Source: a virus (Duplodnaviria; Heunggongvirae; Uroviricota; Caudoviricetes). Taken from it: a DNA stretch of 45,074 nucleotides. Location: positions 1 to 45,074 of the IMG/VR virus record IMGVR_UViG_2908567220_000008. The stretch is one strand, 5' to 3'. The translations under genes and the position numbers were made by a program. The notes below the pieces were generated by a model. It ran no database searches. It worked only from the letters and a program-made list of their open reading frames with translations, and was not told the origin of the DNA. Positions 44,856 through 45,074 of this stretch are shown in pieces (the first letter of the stretch is position 1; each line of letters starts with the position of its first letter).

Positions 44856-45074
44856 ATGCTTCGACAGTCAGACATCACTGCGGCTTTCCGCGAGTCGGTT
44901 TTGCGCAGTTCCAAGGGGTTCCAGTACCTTCACACCAGAGACTTCGTTACCGCGCTGCGCCGGCGCGGCATCCATTTTTCCGAGGTGGAGGCGTATGACC
45001 TCGGGTTTACCAGTACGGCTTATTCCGGCGGCGATGGCGCGGATGGCATCCTGATCCTGGAAGAATTCGCGTGA
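44856..45074 (+). CDS. Small protein (72 aa) under apparent LexA control; C-terminus shares a motif with the Gly-rich fibre
   Basis: RBS ggggga then ATG; ends SGGDGADGILILEEFA, paralleling GKGANGLVYLEEFS at the end of 39465-40250. Stop codon is the last three bases of the window. Confidence 0.5.
   Translation: MLRQSDITAAFRESVLRSSKGFQYLHTRDFVTALRRRGIHFSEVEAYDLGFTSTAYSGGDGADGILILEEFA

Noticed and set aside
1-45074. CRISPR arrays or cas genes
   Set aside because: No regularly spaced direct repeats with unique spacers were seen; the repeat clusters present are origin iterons, operator sites and terminase-binding sites with irregular spacing.

Overview
The window is almost entirely one temperate enterobacterial prophage with a mosaic build: a lambda-like early region and head module joined to a Mu-like contractile tail. 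Left to right: integrase/excisionase, a minus-strand early-left operon (TraR-like, two DNA methyltransferases, YqaJ exonuclease/RecT), an immunity region (CI repressor, Cro, CII), replication genes (O-like with internal iterons, DnaC-like loader), a nin-like region ending in RusA and a Q-like antiterminator, two phage tRNAs, a lysis cassette, Nu1/A-type terminase, head genes, and sheath/tube/tape-measure/baseplate genes. The right end carries a glycine-rich fibre gene, an AT-rich O-antigen acyltransferase, an IS3 copy inside a fibre-like gene, and a LexA-box-controlled small gene. The strongest candidate for an undescribed system is an AT-rich two-gene module (HipA-like kinase plus DUF3037-like partner, 7394-9033) in the slot lambda uses for rexAB. 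A second candidate is a stand-alone Clp-fold serine protease on the opposite strand between lysis and packaging genes. All protein-family calls are from reading motifs and recalled family sequences by eye; no database search was run, and GC differences are visual impressions, not computed.
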